Assembly: GCA_951406725.2 (NCBI GenBank)
Contig: OX597832.1
Coordinates: 55,242,001 to 55,306,000 of the forward strand
Reading direction: 5' to 3'
DNA from: Octopus vulgaris
Taxonomy: Eukaryota
Length of the DNA stretch: 64,000 nt
Positions 52,646 to 64,000 of the stretch are shown one piece after another. Every line of letters begins with the position of its first letter. The stretch's first letter is position 1. Below the pieces are notes generated by a model. It saw nothing but the letters and a program-made list of their open reading frames with translations. It had not been told where the DNA came from and did no database searches. The position numbers and the translations under genes are program-made.

Positions 52646-53763
52646 ATATATATATATATATATATAGCCGGTCAGTATACGATATTGAGGATACCTCGTT
52701 GGCAGTATTATTATTATTATTGTTAGTAGTAGTAGTAGCAGCAGCAGAGGTCATGATATATTTGCATATATGTATATATATATATATTTTTTTTTTATTC
52801 TAAGGCTTCAGTTCTGCTGAAGTCTCTTCACTTTGCTCCCAAGAATTCTAAGGTTGATCGAATAAAGAACAATAACATTCTAAAAATTTAAAGAAAAAAA
52901 AAAGAGTGAGGGGTAGGGGTGTATATTTTCTTGCCTCTTGCTACCCATTCCACCTTTTAAAATGTGTTCCTCTCTAACAACTCAAGACTTTTTCCAATAT
53001 TTCCTTCCAGAAATTAAATGCGGCACTTAAAGAGAAAGGAAAGTTTTATTTCCAGAAAGCCAAGACGAATATTCGTCGAATGGTAAGAAGTAATTGTGAA
53101 ACGTGTGCGCATGCGTGTGTTTATGCATGTATATGTGTGTGTTTGTTATCGTAAAGCTGATATGAGCGACCTTTCTTCGAGAAGCGAGTCGCCTATGACA
53201 TGATTCATTAACAGGTGGACCGCACTGTGCCAGTCCGAAAGTCCCGCGGGCCGCAGGTTGTCCGTGACTCGTTGTGAAAGTAAAAGTTATTTCATTACCA
53301 TTTCTGTCCAAGAATTCCTGTCTGAAGTGTCAGGAGCTTTCAACCCTTGCGATTTATAAACTTACTAATGTACCAACACAGTCACTCGGGTTGCATTACG
53401 TATGGCCCGGGGCAAATGTCTCACTGTAGCACATCCTTGCCGACCACAACCTTGGGAGTGGATTTCGTCGACGGAAACTGAAAGAAGCCCGTCGTATACA
53501 TTGTGTGTGCGCGTATATATCAGTGTATTTTTGTCCGTGTTTTAGTCAGTTATGTTGAGGCGTTGGTCGATTGTGATGATGTAATGGTGCGCCATATGGA
53601 AAGCCTGCGTGTCCTGTTTGATATTCGTATTTTATTTCTGTTTGAAATTGGTTCTTATGTTTTCCTTCCTTCTTTCTTTCTTCTTTCCTTCCTCTCTCTC
53701 TCTCTCTCTTTCACACATACATGTTTATAAATAAATTCTAACTTTTACTTTCTCTTTATTCAG

Positions 53764-53806
53764 GCAGAAGAACTCAAACGAAAAGCTGTAATGAGATCCA
53801 TTCTTT
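53764..53806 (+). CDS. 43-nt coding micro-exon (AEELKRKAVMRSIL + 1 nt) of the same gene
   Basis: Branch-point-like TTCTAAC, pyrimidine tract and CAG acceptor; perfect GTAAGT donor at 53807. Phase 0 entry matches the upstream exon; phase 1 exit matches the next exon (T+AC = Tyr). Confidence 0.8.
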
Positions 53807-54384
53807 GTAAGTAAACGCACGTACGTGGTGGTGGTGGTGGTGATGGTTGTTGTTGTTGTTGTTATTCATGATAATGCAGAAAGATAATATTGTTAAGCTC
53901 ACGCCAGCCTCGAGTCTACAGACCCCATGATCAATGGCGTTTTAGCAGTGACAAACACGTGATTTCTAATGATATCGATTATTACATTATCAAATGAGTT
54001 CATTATTTATTTTATGATAGGGCGGGTGGGAAGTCGTGGGGGGGGCAGAAGATCCATCATTTAATGGCCTTAATTTTCAAAACTATTTTCAATTTTTAGT
54101 CTCTGTGTAAATCATTTGGTTATATTAATGGCCGAAATGTACCGGCATTCCATATCGCATTGATAAAATGATTTAACTGCAAGAAGTCTTTTAATGGTGA
54201 TCAGCCTGTCGGCAGTAATGTTTTCTGCTGTATTTAAACTGTGTCCTGAGGGAGCCCTTGAAAGAGAGTTAGTGATGATAACAATAATAATAAGGGGTGT
54301 GTTAATTCACAAAATTTGAAAAGCATTTCATTAGACTTTCATTCTCGTATCTTCTGAAATCATCAATCACAATTGGTGATAGTA

Positions 54385-54852
54385 TTCGTTTCAGATTTTG
54401 GCACAGGGCCACCAATTTCGGGGCGGCAGTGGGGGGGGGGTGATGGCGTAAGTCGATTGCATCGATCCCAGTGATCAACGAGTATTTATTTCATCGACCC
54501 TGAACGGACGAAAGGTTAAAAAGTCGATTCCGGTGGTATTTGAACTCAGAACGCGAAGACAGACGATATGCCGCTAAGCATTTTGCTGGCGTGTTAACGA
54601 TTCTGCCATTCGCTGCCTTATGTTTCATCAAATATTATCATTAAGCGTAAAGGGGCAAACTGGCAGAATCGTTAGCACGCCGGGCAACATGCTCAGTGGC
54701 ATTTCGTCTGTCTTTACGTTCTGAGTTCAAATTCCGCCGTGGCCGTCTTTTCCCTTTCATCTTTCCGAAGCTGATAAAGTAAATAATAGGGCCAATGTAT
54801 TCGACTTACTCACTCTCCCGAAATTGCTGGCCTTGTGCCAAAATTTGAAATT
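54385..54852. mobile_element. Divergent pair of older SINE-A copies (- 54385-54620, + 54650-54852)
   Basis: Family matches. Confidence 0.75.
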
Positions 54853-54872
54853 AATATTTGATTCATTTAGAG

Positions 54873-55051
54873 CAGTGCTTTTCAAACTTTTTGCTGGAGC
54901 GGAACCCCAAGGAAACATTCCACTGGCTCGAGGAACACCTGTGCTATAATTTAATTGTCTTATGCACACATATCTGCATAGGAGAATTAAAAATTACTGC
55001 CGATTTTAGCTGTTTTGTAACTTCTTGCGGAACCCTGGTTGAAAACCACTG
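54873..55051. mobile_element. hAT (Charlie-like) MITE
   Basis: TIR CAGTGCTTTTCAA / TTGAAAACCACTG; perfect 8-bp TSD ATTTAGAG. Confidence 0.88.
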
Positions 55052-55207
55052 ATTTAGAGTATAACCATCCAGATTTTTCTTTAAAAAATCACTAATCCGG
55101 CATGGCTTTGGAATCAAACTTTTTAGAAAATCAGTGTATTAGATTTTGCTTTGCTTGTCTTGATTTTTTTTTTTTTTTTGTGTATTTAATTTCATTTTTA
55201 TAGCGTA

Positions 55208-55600
55208 CTAGCAGTATCGCCCGGCGTTGCTCGGGTTTGTAAGGGAAATAACTATAAAGCATTTTTAGAGAGTTATAGCCAAAAAATAGCAGAAAAAATT
55301 ATGGTAAATTTTTTTTTTAGTTAAAAAGGTCGAGTTGCGTCCCCTAGACAGTCTGTGGTTTGTGTTTCTGATTCTCGACCCCATGTTGAATTTATCGATT
55401 TTCTCAGAACTGGGGGAACTTTTCAAAATTTTCGCTGCGTTAGTTTTGAATTATGACATTGGGCTATGTGTGTGTCAAGTTTCATCAGAATCGGTTGAAA
55501 GCCGTGGTCAGGGTGAGGGTACAACCTAACAGACACGCAGACAGACCTAACAGACACACAGACACGCAGACAGACAAACTGCCGTTTATATAGAGAGAGA
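55208..55600 (-). mobile_element. Non-autonomous Helitron (second copy)
   Basis: A|TC...CCCGAGCAACGCCGGG hairpin...CTAG|T; internal ACAG-type repeats; ends 45 bp upstream of the exon acceptor. Confidence 0.78.
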
Positions 55601-55645
55601 TTTTGAAAGAATGTTTTTATAAATTTACATTTTTATTTATTGCAG

Positions 55646-56205
55646 ACAAAAGAACGTTTTGTCAAGATGTCAGCAACGAACTGGTGGAAAGTCAGTCGAA
55701 GAAGCAAGAGCGTAGTATTGTTACAAGAGCTAGCACTCGTAAGTCTTCGTCACAAGAGCATCAACTCTGTCTTCGGCCAAGGGCCGCGAGACCGGAACGC
55801 GGGGCTCTTATCGAAAAAGACAGCGAAGAAGAAGAGAGTTTGCCGGGTTGTTGGGAGATCGAGAGCAACAGCCCCGCCTTGAAGCTTCGCAGGAAAGCGA
55901 ACAGCTCGAACGCCAGTACAAGTGGCAGCTCAGGTAAGAAGCGAGGTGGTCTAATGATGACCCTGCATTGGAGACCTAAACGCCTCTCGCACAAGTACCA
56001 CGTTGCTGATCGAAGGACGTATCGAATGTTATCGTATTACCCGGCTCATGCTCTTTCTCTCCGAAGTAAGCTTTTCCCAAAACGATATGGTTCACGAAAT
56101 ATCCAGTGGACGGAGCTACGGCGGATACGAGCGTCGTCTGCACTGCGCTTGCGCAGGAGACTACAGCATTCAAATGAATCTCGTGATGAAGAAACAGAAA
56201 GTGGG
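55646..56205 (+). CDS. Internal coding exon (basic, R/K/S-rich) of the same gene; no stop codon reached, so the gene continues downstream
   Basis: TTTATTTATTGCAG acceptor at 55645; open frame KRTFCQD...EETESG; GGG|GTAAGA donor at 56205/56206. A strong internal donor CAG|GTAAGA at 55933/55934 makes the 3' boundary uncertain. Confidence 0.78.
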
Positions 56206-57486
56206 GTAAGACTTTTAAATTTTTATTCATGAAGAAACGTATTGGGTTTTCAGATAAATCTGTTCGTTTTTATCCCCCTTCTACTAGGCATTGCATCGTC
56301 TGAGAAGAGTTAAAATTTATTCAAATTTCAAAAGCGATTAATAAATGTCGTAGAGAGACGATGATGTTTTTGTTTTTTTTCTTAATTCAAATGACATCGG
56401 AATGGATTAAAATAAATGGAAAAGGGGAAAAAAAAAACGAATCAAAAGATTTATCTGACATCCCAAAATCTCTATATTTTATCAAGTATTTTTTTTCCGT
56501 CGTCTGGATACTGTCATGGGTCGGACAGGTATACAAATTCTGCTACTTGCACACGTATATTCAGCGTCCGAGTATTTGTTATCACTTGCAGAGTACGCTA
56601 CACAAATTCTATCGTTTGCCCATACGCACATTGAAGTCACATATACATATAAACACGCGGGTACACTACATCTATTCCATTCATCGTATTATTGTCTTAT
56701 TCAATTTATTACTATGGCGTGGATGGCCCGTGTGAATGGACCTACTCTGAACATACACTTGTGAGTCGAAGGGGTTGAGAAAGTGTGAAGTGGTGGTCGG
56801 AGGGACCAAGATGTATGAGGTATCGTGATTGACCCCGAGAGGAACTACTCCCTTTTGAGGAGATTCGATTTTAAATTTTTGTTAATTCATCATCATCGTC
56901 GTCTTCGTTTAGCGTCCGCTTTCCATGCTAGCACAGGTTGGACGGTTCGACCTGGGAAGCCAGAAGGCTGCACCAGGCCCAGTCTGATCTGGCAATGTTT
57001 CTACGGTTGGATGCCCTTCCTAACGCCAACCACTCCGTGAGTGTAGTGGGTGCTTTTTACGTGCCACCGGTACAGGTGCCAGACGAGGCTGGCAAACGGA
57101 CACGATCGGATGGTGCTTTTTGCGTGCCACCGGCACGGGGGCCAGGCGAGGCTGTACGCGAATATTGTGCTAACTCCGCTTGCCTCTTAACAGCATTTCG
57201 TCCGTCTTTACGTTCTGAGTTCAAATTCCGCCGAGGTTGACTTTACCTTTCATGCTTTCGACGTCGATAAATTAAGTACTAGTGAAACACTGGGGTCGAT
57301 CTATTCGACTAGTCCCCGGTCCCAACATTTCAGGCCAAGTGCATTTTAGTAGAAAGGATTATAACTATTAAGGCAGCGAGCTTGGCAGAATCATTCGCAC
57401 GCTGGGAAAATATACTAAACAATATAAATTAGTCAAGACTATTGAAAATGTTGCAAGACGCAACGAAAATTTTAGGAAAATAAAAA

Positions 57487-57728
57487 GGTAAAATTACAGA
57501 TTAACACCCGCACGATTTTCACGAAGATAAAAAAAAAATCGGATTTTTTGCGTGGAATCAAGTACCCTGACCTCCTAATATGCTGGAAATACCATATTTA
57601 GTTAAATGATTTTTTGCGTGGAATTTACAGCATATTACGCGGTCACAGTACTTGATTCCACGCAAATAATCAGTTTTTTGGGGTTTTTTTTAGTGAAAAT
57701 CATGCGGGTGTTAATCTGTAATTTTACC
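57487..57728. mobile_element. Fold-back MITE with about 85-90-bp imperfect TIRs and GG...CC termini
   Basis: GGTAAAATTACAGATTAACACCCGCA... / ...TGCGGGTGTTAATCTGTAATTTTACC; imperfect TSD AATAAAAA/AATAAAGG. Confidence 0.8.
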
Positions 57729-58203
57729 AATAAAGGTAATAAGTGGAAATTTTACCGGTGAGTGTGTTACATTATAAAGCACAAAAAGAAAATGACTCTC
57801 CCCAGAAACAACAGAATATGCTTCAACACACGAACTCATATAAAGAATCTTGCAAACCAAATCCAAAAACGAGATGTAAGTTAATTTTCATTAGATAGAA
57901 CGTTAACCTTTGAAATGGGAAAATGTCAGCTGTTCAATGATATGCTAGTCTCTCTTGTACTCGGTTACCGAGTGCGCTGCACTCGTGGGTCGAATAGGTA
58001 TACAAATTCGCCTGCTTATAGCTAATGTGTGGAGTGGTACAATGTACAAGTAATATCGTATTCAACTCGCCATCTATGTCTTGTGTCTCTGTACGCCGTT
58101 CATGCAACGTAGAACATGTCTGCGACGTGTACTTACGTAATTGAGTATTGAGCTGTTCAATAATATGGTAGGAATATTGAGTAGGCAATTACAGAGAATA
58201 CCG

Positions 58204-58591
58204 TACTGGAAGCACTCCGTCGGTTACGACGACGAGGGTTCCGGTTGATCCGATCAACGGAACAGCCTGCTCGTGAAATTAACGTGTAAGTGGCTGAGCA
58301 CTCCTCAGACACGTGTACCCTTAACGTAGTTCTCGGGGATATTCAGCGTGACACAGAGAGTGACAAGGCCGGACCTTTGAAATACAGGTACAACAGAAAC
58401 AGGAAGTAAGAGTGAGAGAAAGTTGTGGTGAAAGAGTACAAAAGGGATCACCACCATCCCCTGCCGGAGCCTCGTGGAGCTTTAGGTGTTTTCGCTCAAT
58501 AAACACTCACAACGCCCGGTCTGGGAATCGAAACCGCGATCCTACGACCGCGAGTCCGCTGCCCTAACCACTGGGCCATTGCGCCTCCACT
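58204..58591 (-). mobile_element. SINE-C, full length
   Basis: 10-bp TSD GAGAATACCG (58194-58203, 58592-58601). Confidence 0.9.
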
Positions 58592-58689
58592 GAGAATACC
58601 GAACACACATACATACGCAAGAGTATACACTTGTACAATCCAACCTGACAATCCGTTTCTTCTCCTTGGTGTTTACATCTTGGTCAGAT

Positions 58690-59520
58690 AGGCAACAAGC
58701 TGACGGAATCGTTATAACGCCTAGTGAAACGCTTTGCCCGCATTTCGTCCGTCGTCCTTACGTTCTGAGTTCAAATTCCGCTGAGGTCGACTTTGCTTTT
58801 TATCCTTTCGGGGGTTCGATGAAATAAATACCAGTTACGCACTTGGGTCGACGTATTCGACTTAACTATCCCCCAAAATTTCAGGACCTGTGCCTATAGT
58901 AGAAAGGATTATTATTATTATTATTAGCACGCTGGACATTTCGTCCGTCGTCCTTACGTTCTGAGTTCAAATTCCGCGGAGGTCGACTTTGCTTTTTATC
59001 CTTTCGGGGGTCGATGAAATAAGTACCAGTTATGCACTGGGGTGGACTTAACTATCTCCCCAAATTTCAGGCCTTGTGTCCTATAGTAGAAAGGAGTATT
59101 ATTATTATTGTTGTTGTTGTTGTTAGCAAGCCGGGCATTTCATACGTACTTACTTTCTGAGTTCAAATTCCGTTGGGGTCGATGAAATAAGTACCAGTTA
59201 CACACTGGGGTCGACGTATTCGACTATCCCCCTCCCCCTAAATTCCAGGCCTTGTGTCCTATAGTAGAACGAATTACTATTATTATTATTATTATTATTA
59301 AGGCAGTGGGGTGGCAGGGTCGTTAGCGCACCAAGCAGAATGCTCAGCGGCATTTCGTCCATCTTTACGTTCTGAGTTCGAATTCCGCCGAGGTCGTTTT
59401 TGCCTTTTTATCCTTTGGAGGTCGATCAAATAAATACCAGTTGAACACTGGTGTCGATGTAATCGACCGACTTACCCCCCCTCCCTCGAAATTGCTGGCC
59501 TTGCGCCAGAATTTGAAACT
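58690..59520 (+). mobile_element. Tail-2 SINE-A tandem trimer separated by (ATT)n, plus a further monomer
   Basis: Units restart at TTAGCA after (ATT)n tails. Confidence 0.82.
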
Positions 59521-60102
59521 GATATTATGTGGGTCAGATGCTTCTTTTCTGGTTTTCTCGGTTTATAATCAGTGTTTTGTTGTATTATTCTTCGTTGAAA
59601 TAAATTCCAGGCCAACAGAATACCTCGCAACAATACCTAACACATCATATGATGTAAACAAACTATTATACAATACAATGAAGTTACGTTAGTGTTAAAC
59701 GTATTTAATGCGGGGAGCATAAGAATAAAAAAGAAAACTGACTAGAATTATAAACTTAATCATTGATAATATAAACCGACAAAACAAATAAACATCTGAC
59801 CCACAGATTTTCAATATGAATATGTGTATACCCGCGCGCGTGAGTGTATATGTGTGTGTGTGTGTGTGTGGTGTTTTCTGTGTACAGTGCCTACGAGATG
59901 TATAATATATCTGTCCTCTTTTGTAGCCAATTATAATGTCGTTTATTGTAAAGTTAATTAATAAAAACAACAATGAGAAAAACTGAACGTGGCTATCAGG
60001 TGCAATGGTGCGAAGTACGTACAGCAGGATCTTTACCTTAAATTACAATTTTCTCAAGAAAGCCAAGAGAAAAAAAATGTTTTATTTTGACACATTCTAC
60101 CA

Positions 60103-60723
60103 CCCTTTAGTGTTCGCATTTGTGGAAGCACTCCGTCGGTTACGACGACGAGGGTTCCGGTTGATCCGAATCAACGGAACAGCCTGCTCGTGAAATTAAC
60201 GTGTAAGTGGCTGAGCACTCTACAGACACGTGTACCCTTAACGTAGTTCTCGGGGATGTTCAGCGTGACACAGAGAGTGACAAGGCCGGCCCTTTGAAAT
60301 ACAGGTACAACAGAAACAGGAAGTAAGAGTGAGAGAAAGTTGTGGTGAAATAGTACAGCAGGGATCACCACCATCCCCTGCCGGAGCCTCGTGGAGCTTT
60401 AGGTGTTTTCGCTCAATAAACACTCACAACGCCCGGTCTGGGAATCGAAACCGCGATCCTATGACTGCGAGTCCGCTGCCCTAACCACTGGGCCATTGCG
60501 CCTCCACAGTGTTCGCATTATTCTGCCAAAATTAATGCTTCTTCATCCACTTTGTTTTGAACTAATGATTCATTAATCTTGTAGCTATGAAATTTTGATG
60601 AGGTAGCTGTTAATTTTTAAAATGATATTGTAGGGCTGGTGTGAGAGACCAGATAGGGCTAGTCTGAACATAAAACAGGTAGAATATTTTTGGCCGGATA
60701 TGGCCGGTTTAAATGCTAAAGGG
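60103..60723. mobile_element. MITE with CCCTTTAG...CTAAAGGG termini (piggyBac-like ends), interrupted by a SINE
   Basis: Inverted termini split the host MITE sequence CATTCTACCA|GTATACGAAG; no TTAA TSD visible. Confidence 0.55.
60121..60507 (-). mobile_element. SINE-C, full length, nested in MITEs
   Basis: 12-bp TSD AGTGTTCGCATT (60109-60120, 60508-60519); near-identical to 58204-58591. Confidence 0.9.
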
Positions 60724-62074
60724 GGTATACGAAGTTTTAAAGTGTTTAGTTAACTAGAAATTGTCTGCCGTTCAAAAGGAAAAGATCCCGTACAGCATCG
60801 TGTCCGAATCGCCTTGCATGTTTAATGTTTCTGTACGTACGCTGTACATGCAATCAATGTACAACATGCCAGTGACCTACCTGCCATACGACCAATGATA
60901 TCACCATCAACGTCGTCGTTGCCACGTCTACTTTCCCATGCTTGGAATGGATCAGACGAAATGCGTGAAAGCAGATTTTCTACGGCCCGAACGCTCTTCC
61001 TGTTGCCAACCGCCACCTGTTTCCAAACAAGGTTTTAATTCATTTCTCTTCGCTTCCATACGTATACGCAAACACCACGACAGCCGGTCGTGTTTTCACG
61101 GGAAAATTGCAAAACAGACGTATAGGAAATTTTACCACCGTGAATTCCTTGTCCTAACCAAGTGGGCGTTAAAACGATGACAATAAAGGTGGTGGTGTTG
61201 ATGATGATGATGGTGGTGGTGATGAGTTCCTCGATAAGTATGATCGATCGTGTAATTTGCGACGAAGATTGTTGCGATTGTTATCTTGTAGTTTTTTCTG
61301 GAACATTCGCAGACAGTCTGTTTTCGTATTAGCTCTACAATCTGGAATGTCTAATTTGAAAAAAAAATATAAAGTGCTGCCACACACACACACACACACG
61401 CACACGCACACGCACACGCATACGCATACGCACGCACACACACGCACGCACATACATAGGCGGAGGGGGTGCTGGTGTTAAGAGATCAACTTGGCTTTTT
61501 TTTAAAACCGCTTTAGGCTTTACCGACACTTTGTAACTGACAAGAGTTGGAGCCGAGCTGATAAGCCTAAGTAAAGTTTCGTTTCATTAGAGTCCGCGTC
61601 TTATCTTGGAAATATATCATCTCTCTCTCGCAGATAATCTATCAGATTAGTCAACGACGACGACCTGGTAGGACGTTTAGAGCCAAGCTATAAACGGTGT
61701 GAAGTTAATGTAAACACACACATGTATGGGTGTATGTATGTATATATATATATATATATATGTGTGTACGTGTGTTTAAGAGTATATATGGTTTTAGTTC
61801 AAGTAGGAAAAAGAAATATTTAGATAATTATGTTAGCTATAAATAAGTAGCAGATGAATGTTTTTGTCGTTACCATCATCATATTGGCAATTATCAACCA
61901 CCACCACCACCATCGGCGTTGTTTTTACGTCCGTTTTTCTATGCTGGCATGAGTTCGACGGGATTTTTTGAGGCGATATTTTGCAATCAAGATGTCCTTC
62001 CTGACACCATCCCACGCAGGAATAATGGCTGGCTATTCTACAAAGCATGTCATACAGGGTACTTTAAGCATTTT

Positions 62075-62376
62075 TTTTTATTTATGCGTCCTTTTGAAGC
62101 CCAGCCAGGCTCAAGGGCTCGGTTTCCCGGTTTCTGTGGCGTATGTCCCCCCCCCCTGCTGGACGGGACGCCAGTCCATCGCAGCGTTACTCAAGAAGCA
62201 AGAAGAAAGAGTGAGAGAAAGTTGGGGCGAAAGAGTACAACGAGGGTCGCCACCACCCCCTGCCGGAGCCTCGTGGAGCTTTTAGGTGTTTTCGCTCAAT
62301 AAACACTCACAACGCCCGGTCTGGGAACTGAAACCGCGAGTCCGCTGCCCTAACCACTGGGCCATTGCACCTCCAC
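62075..62376 (-). mobile_element. Chimeric SINE: SINE-C head with SINE-E tail
   Basis: 62195-62376 matches SINE-C; 62075-62192 matches the SINE-E 3' tail. Confidence 0.8.
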
Positions 62377-63107
62377 ACTTTAAACATAGATACACAATAT
62401 ATTGGTTTCACATTTTGGCACAAGGCCAGCAATATCTGGGAAGGTAGTGAATCAGTTACGTCAATCTCGGTGCTCGATTGGTGTTTATTTATCGACCGTG
62501 AATGGATGAAAGTCAAAGACGACCTCTGCGAAACCTGAAACCAATATATTGTGTATCATCGAGCGAAAACGCTCTGTGGTTCCTTCGTTATTTCGCACGA
62601 AGCGGCGTAGTTAAAAAATAACCAACCCATTTACTCTTGTTTCGAGTCTTTCCTAAATACATGAAAAGCTTACCTTGTGATTTGACACACCTATTTCCTG
62701 CTCTTGGCCTAATTAACGCAACTATAATTATATCTAATATAATTATGTATTGTCAAGTCCTGCTGAGGTTTCGAAAACGCCTGTATAAACAGAAGATACT
62801 GAACACTACATTTTTATCTACATTCCGTTAAGCAGTTTACATCCTCGCACACATCTTGTCTCACGGCGTGTGTGTGTATGTGTATGTATATATATATATA
62901 TATATATATGCAACTTTTCTACTAAAGGCACAGGGCCTGAAATTATGGGGGTGGGGACTAGCGGATTACATCAACCCTAGTGTTTCATTGGTACTTAATT
63001 TACCCCGAAAGGATGAAAGTTTAAACTCAGAACATAGCGACGGGCGAAAAACCGCTAAGCATTTCGCCCGGCGTGCTAAAGATACTGCCAGCTCGCCGCC
63101 TTACGGA

Positions 63108-63145
<38 letters not shown>

Positions 63146-63205
63146 GTATATATATCTTCTCGTGACCGACCAGACCATCAGATGTTGTTACACATCGCTG
63201 GTCAC

Positions 63206-63386
63206 AATGCGTTCGCATTGTTTTAGCCTTCGAATGACGCCACCCCGCTGGCTGAGCGAGCAGGCCAATATATATATATATATATATATATCATCATCAT
63301 CATCATGATATATATATATATATATATTGGCCTGCTCGCTCAGCCAGCGGGGTGGCGTCATTCGAAGGCTAAAACAATGCGAACGC

Positions 63387-63389
<3 letters not shown>
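63206..63389. repeat. Perfect inverted repeat (63-bp unique arms plus TA arms around (TCA)n)
   Basis: 63206-63268 is the exact reverse complement of 63327-63389. Confidence 0.95.
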
Positions 63390-63423
<34 letters not shown>

Positions 63424-63429
63424 CGTCAT

Positions 63430-63830
63430 GTGACTCAGTACATCTATGCATCTTACGTCACAGCACTTTTCTTATACACTGTGTGTCGCAGTGGTTCAAT
63501 CTCTCGCATCGTGTGTTTCATTGCATGTATCACACCATGTGTTACACTGCGTTGTGTCTTAAGTATTTCACTCGCCGCTGTGTCACAGCACTTCTACAAA
63601 CCGTGTATCATACCGACCTTCTACACACAGTGTGTCATGAGTATTTCACTCACTGCCGTGTCACAACACTCCTACACATGGTATTTTTCCCTCACTGCCG
63701 TGTCACGGCACTCCAGCGCTTCAACACCTCGTGCGTCATAAATATTTCCCTCACTAGCGTGTCACAACACTTCTATACACCGTGTGTCACGTTGAATCTA
63801 CACATCGTTTAGTATGTCGCATCTGCACGC
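63430..63830 (+). repeat. Degenerate minisatellite (CACTGCCGTGTCACAACACTTCTACA-like units)
   Basis: Recurrent GTGTCAC/GTGTCAT motif every ~25-50 bp. Confidence 0.65.
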
Positions 63831-63945
63831 CGTGTTTACGACCTCGTTACTTAGCGTTCCGGCAAAAGAAACCGATTGGAATACATATATACATATATAT
63901 ATTTATACATACATAGATACATTATATATACATATACACACACAC

Positions 63946-63983
<38 letters not shown>

Positions 63984-64000
63984 ACATACAGTGGGGCGCA

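Larger units (their letters stand above)
60027..60788 (-). mobile_element. Internally deleted GGATCT-family MITE hosting nested insertions
   Basis: GGATCT...AGATCC ends; TSD (C)GTACAGCA at 60018-60026 and 60789-60797. Confidence 0.75.

Noticed and set aside
61620-61700. Possible further exon after CTCTCTCTCGCAG
   Set aside because: The acceptor is plausible, but the donor is weak and the phase-0 frame stops after 19 codons; support is insufficient.

Overview
This is AT-rich, microsatellite- and SINE-dense eukaryotic genomic DNA; the repeat families and a mollusc-type 5S sequence point to an octopus (inference). Nearly all short ORFs in the track are artefacts of microsatellites or repeats. 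One real protein-coding gene is visible on the + strand. It has a probable 5'UTR exon (about 38340-38607), a 4.48-kb exon (40623-45104, ATG at 40635), a 43-nt micro-exon (53764-53806) and a further exon (55646-56205), all phase-compatible, with no stop codon reached. It encodes a long, disordered Q/S/N-rich nuclear protein with two PxDL(S/T) CtBP-binding motifs. The rest is intronic or intergenic: several tRNA-derived SINE families (my labels A, B, C, E) plus an RTE-tail-like family D, CR1-like and Tx1/L1-like LINE ends, Helitrons, Merlin/MULE-like and hAT MITEs, and a 5S pseudogene. The most unusual observations are: (1) three minimal hammerhead-ribozyme motifs of Penelope/retrozyme type in short elements next to (TA)n tracts, one inside a perfect palindrome; (2) a SINE that builds head-(body-tail)n concatemers at one fixed internal junction, shares its 3' tail with a Tx1/L1-like LINE in the window, and once sits inside a 153-bp direct duplication; (3) a DNA-transposon MITE carrying TTAGGG repeats. 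There is no prokaryotic system and no CRISPR array. Repeat boundaries are read by eye and approximate unless a TSD is given.
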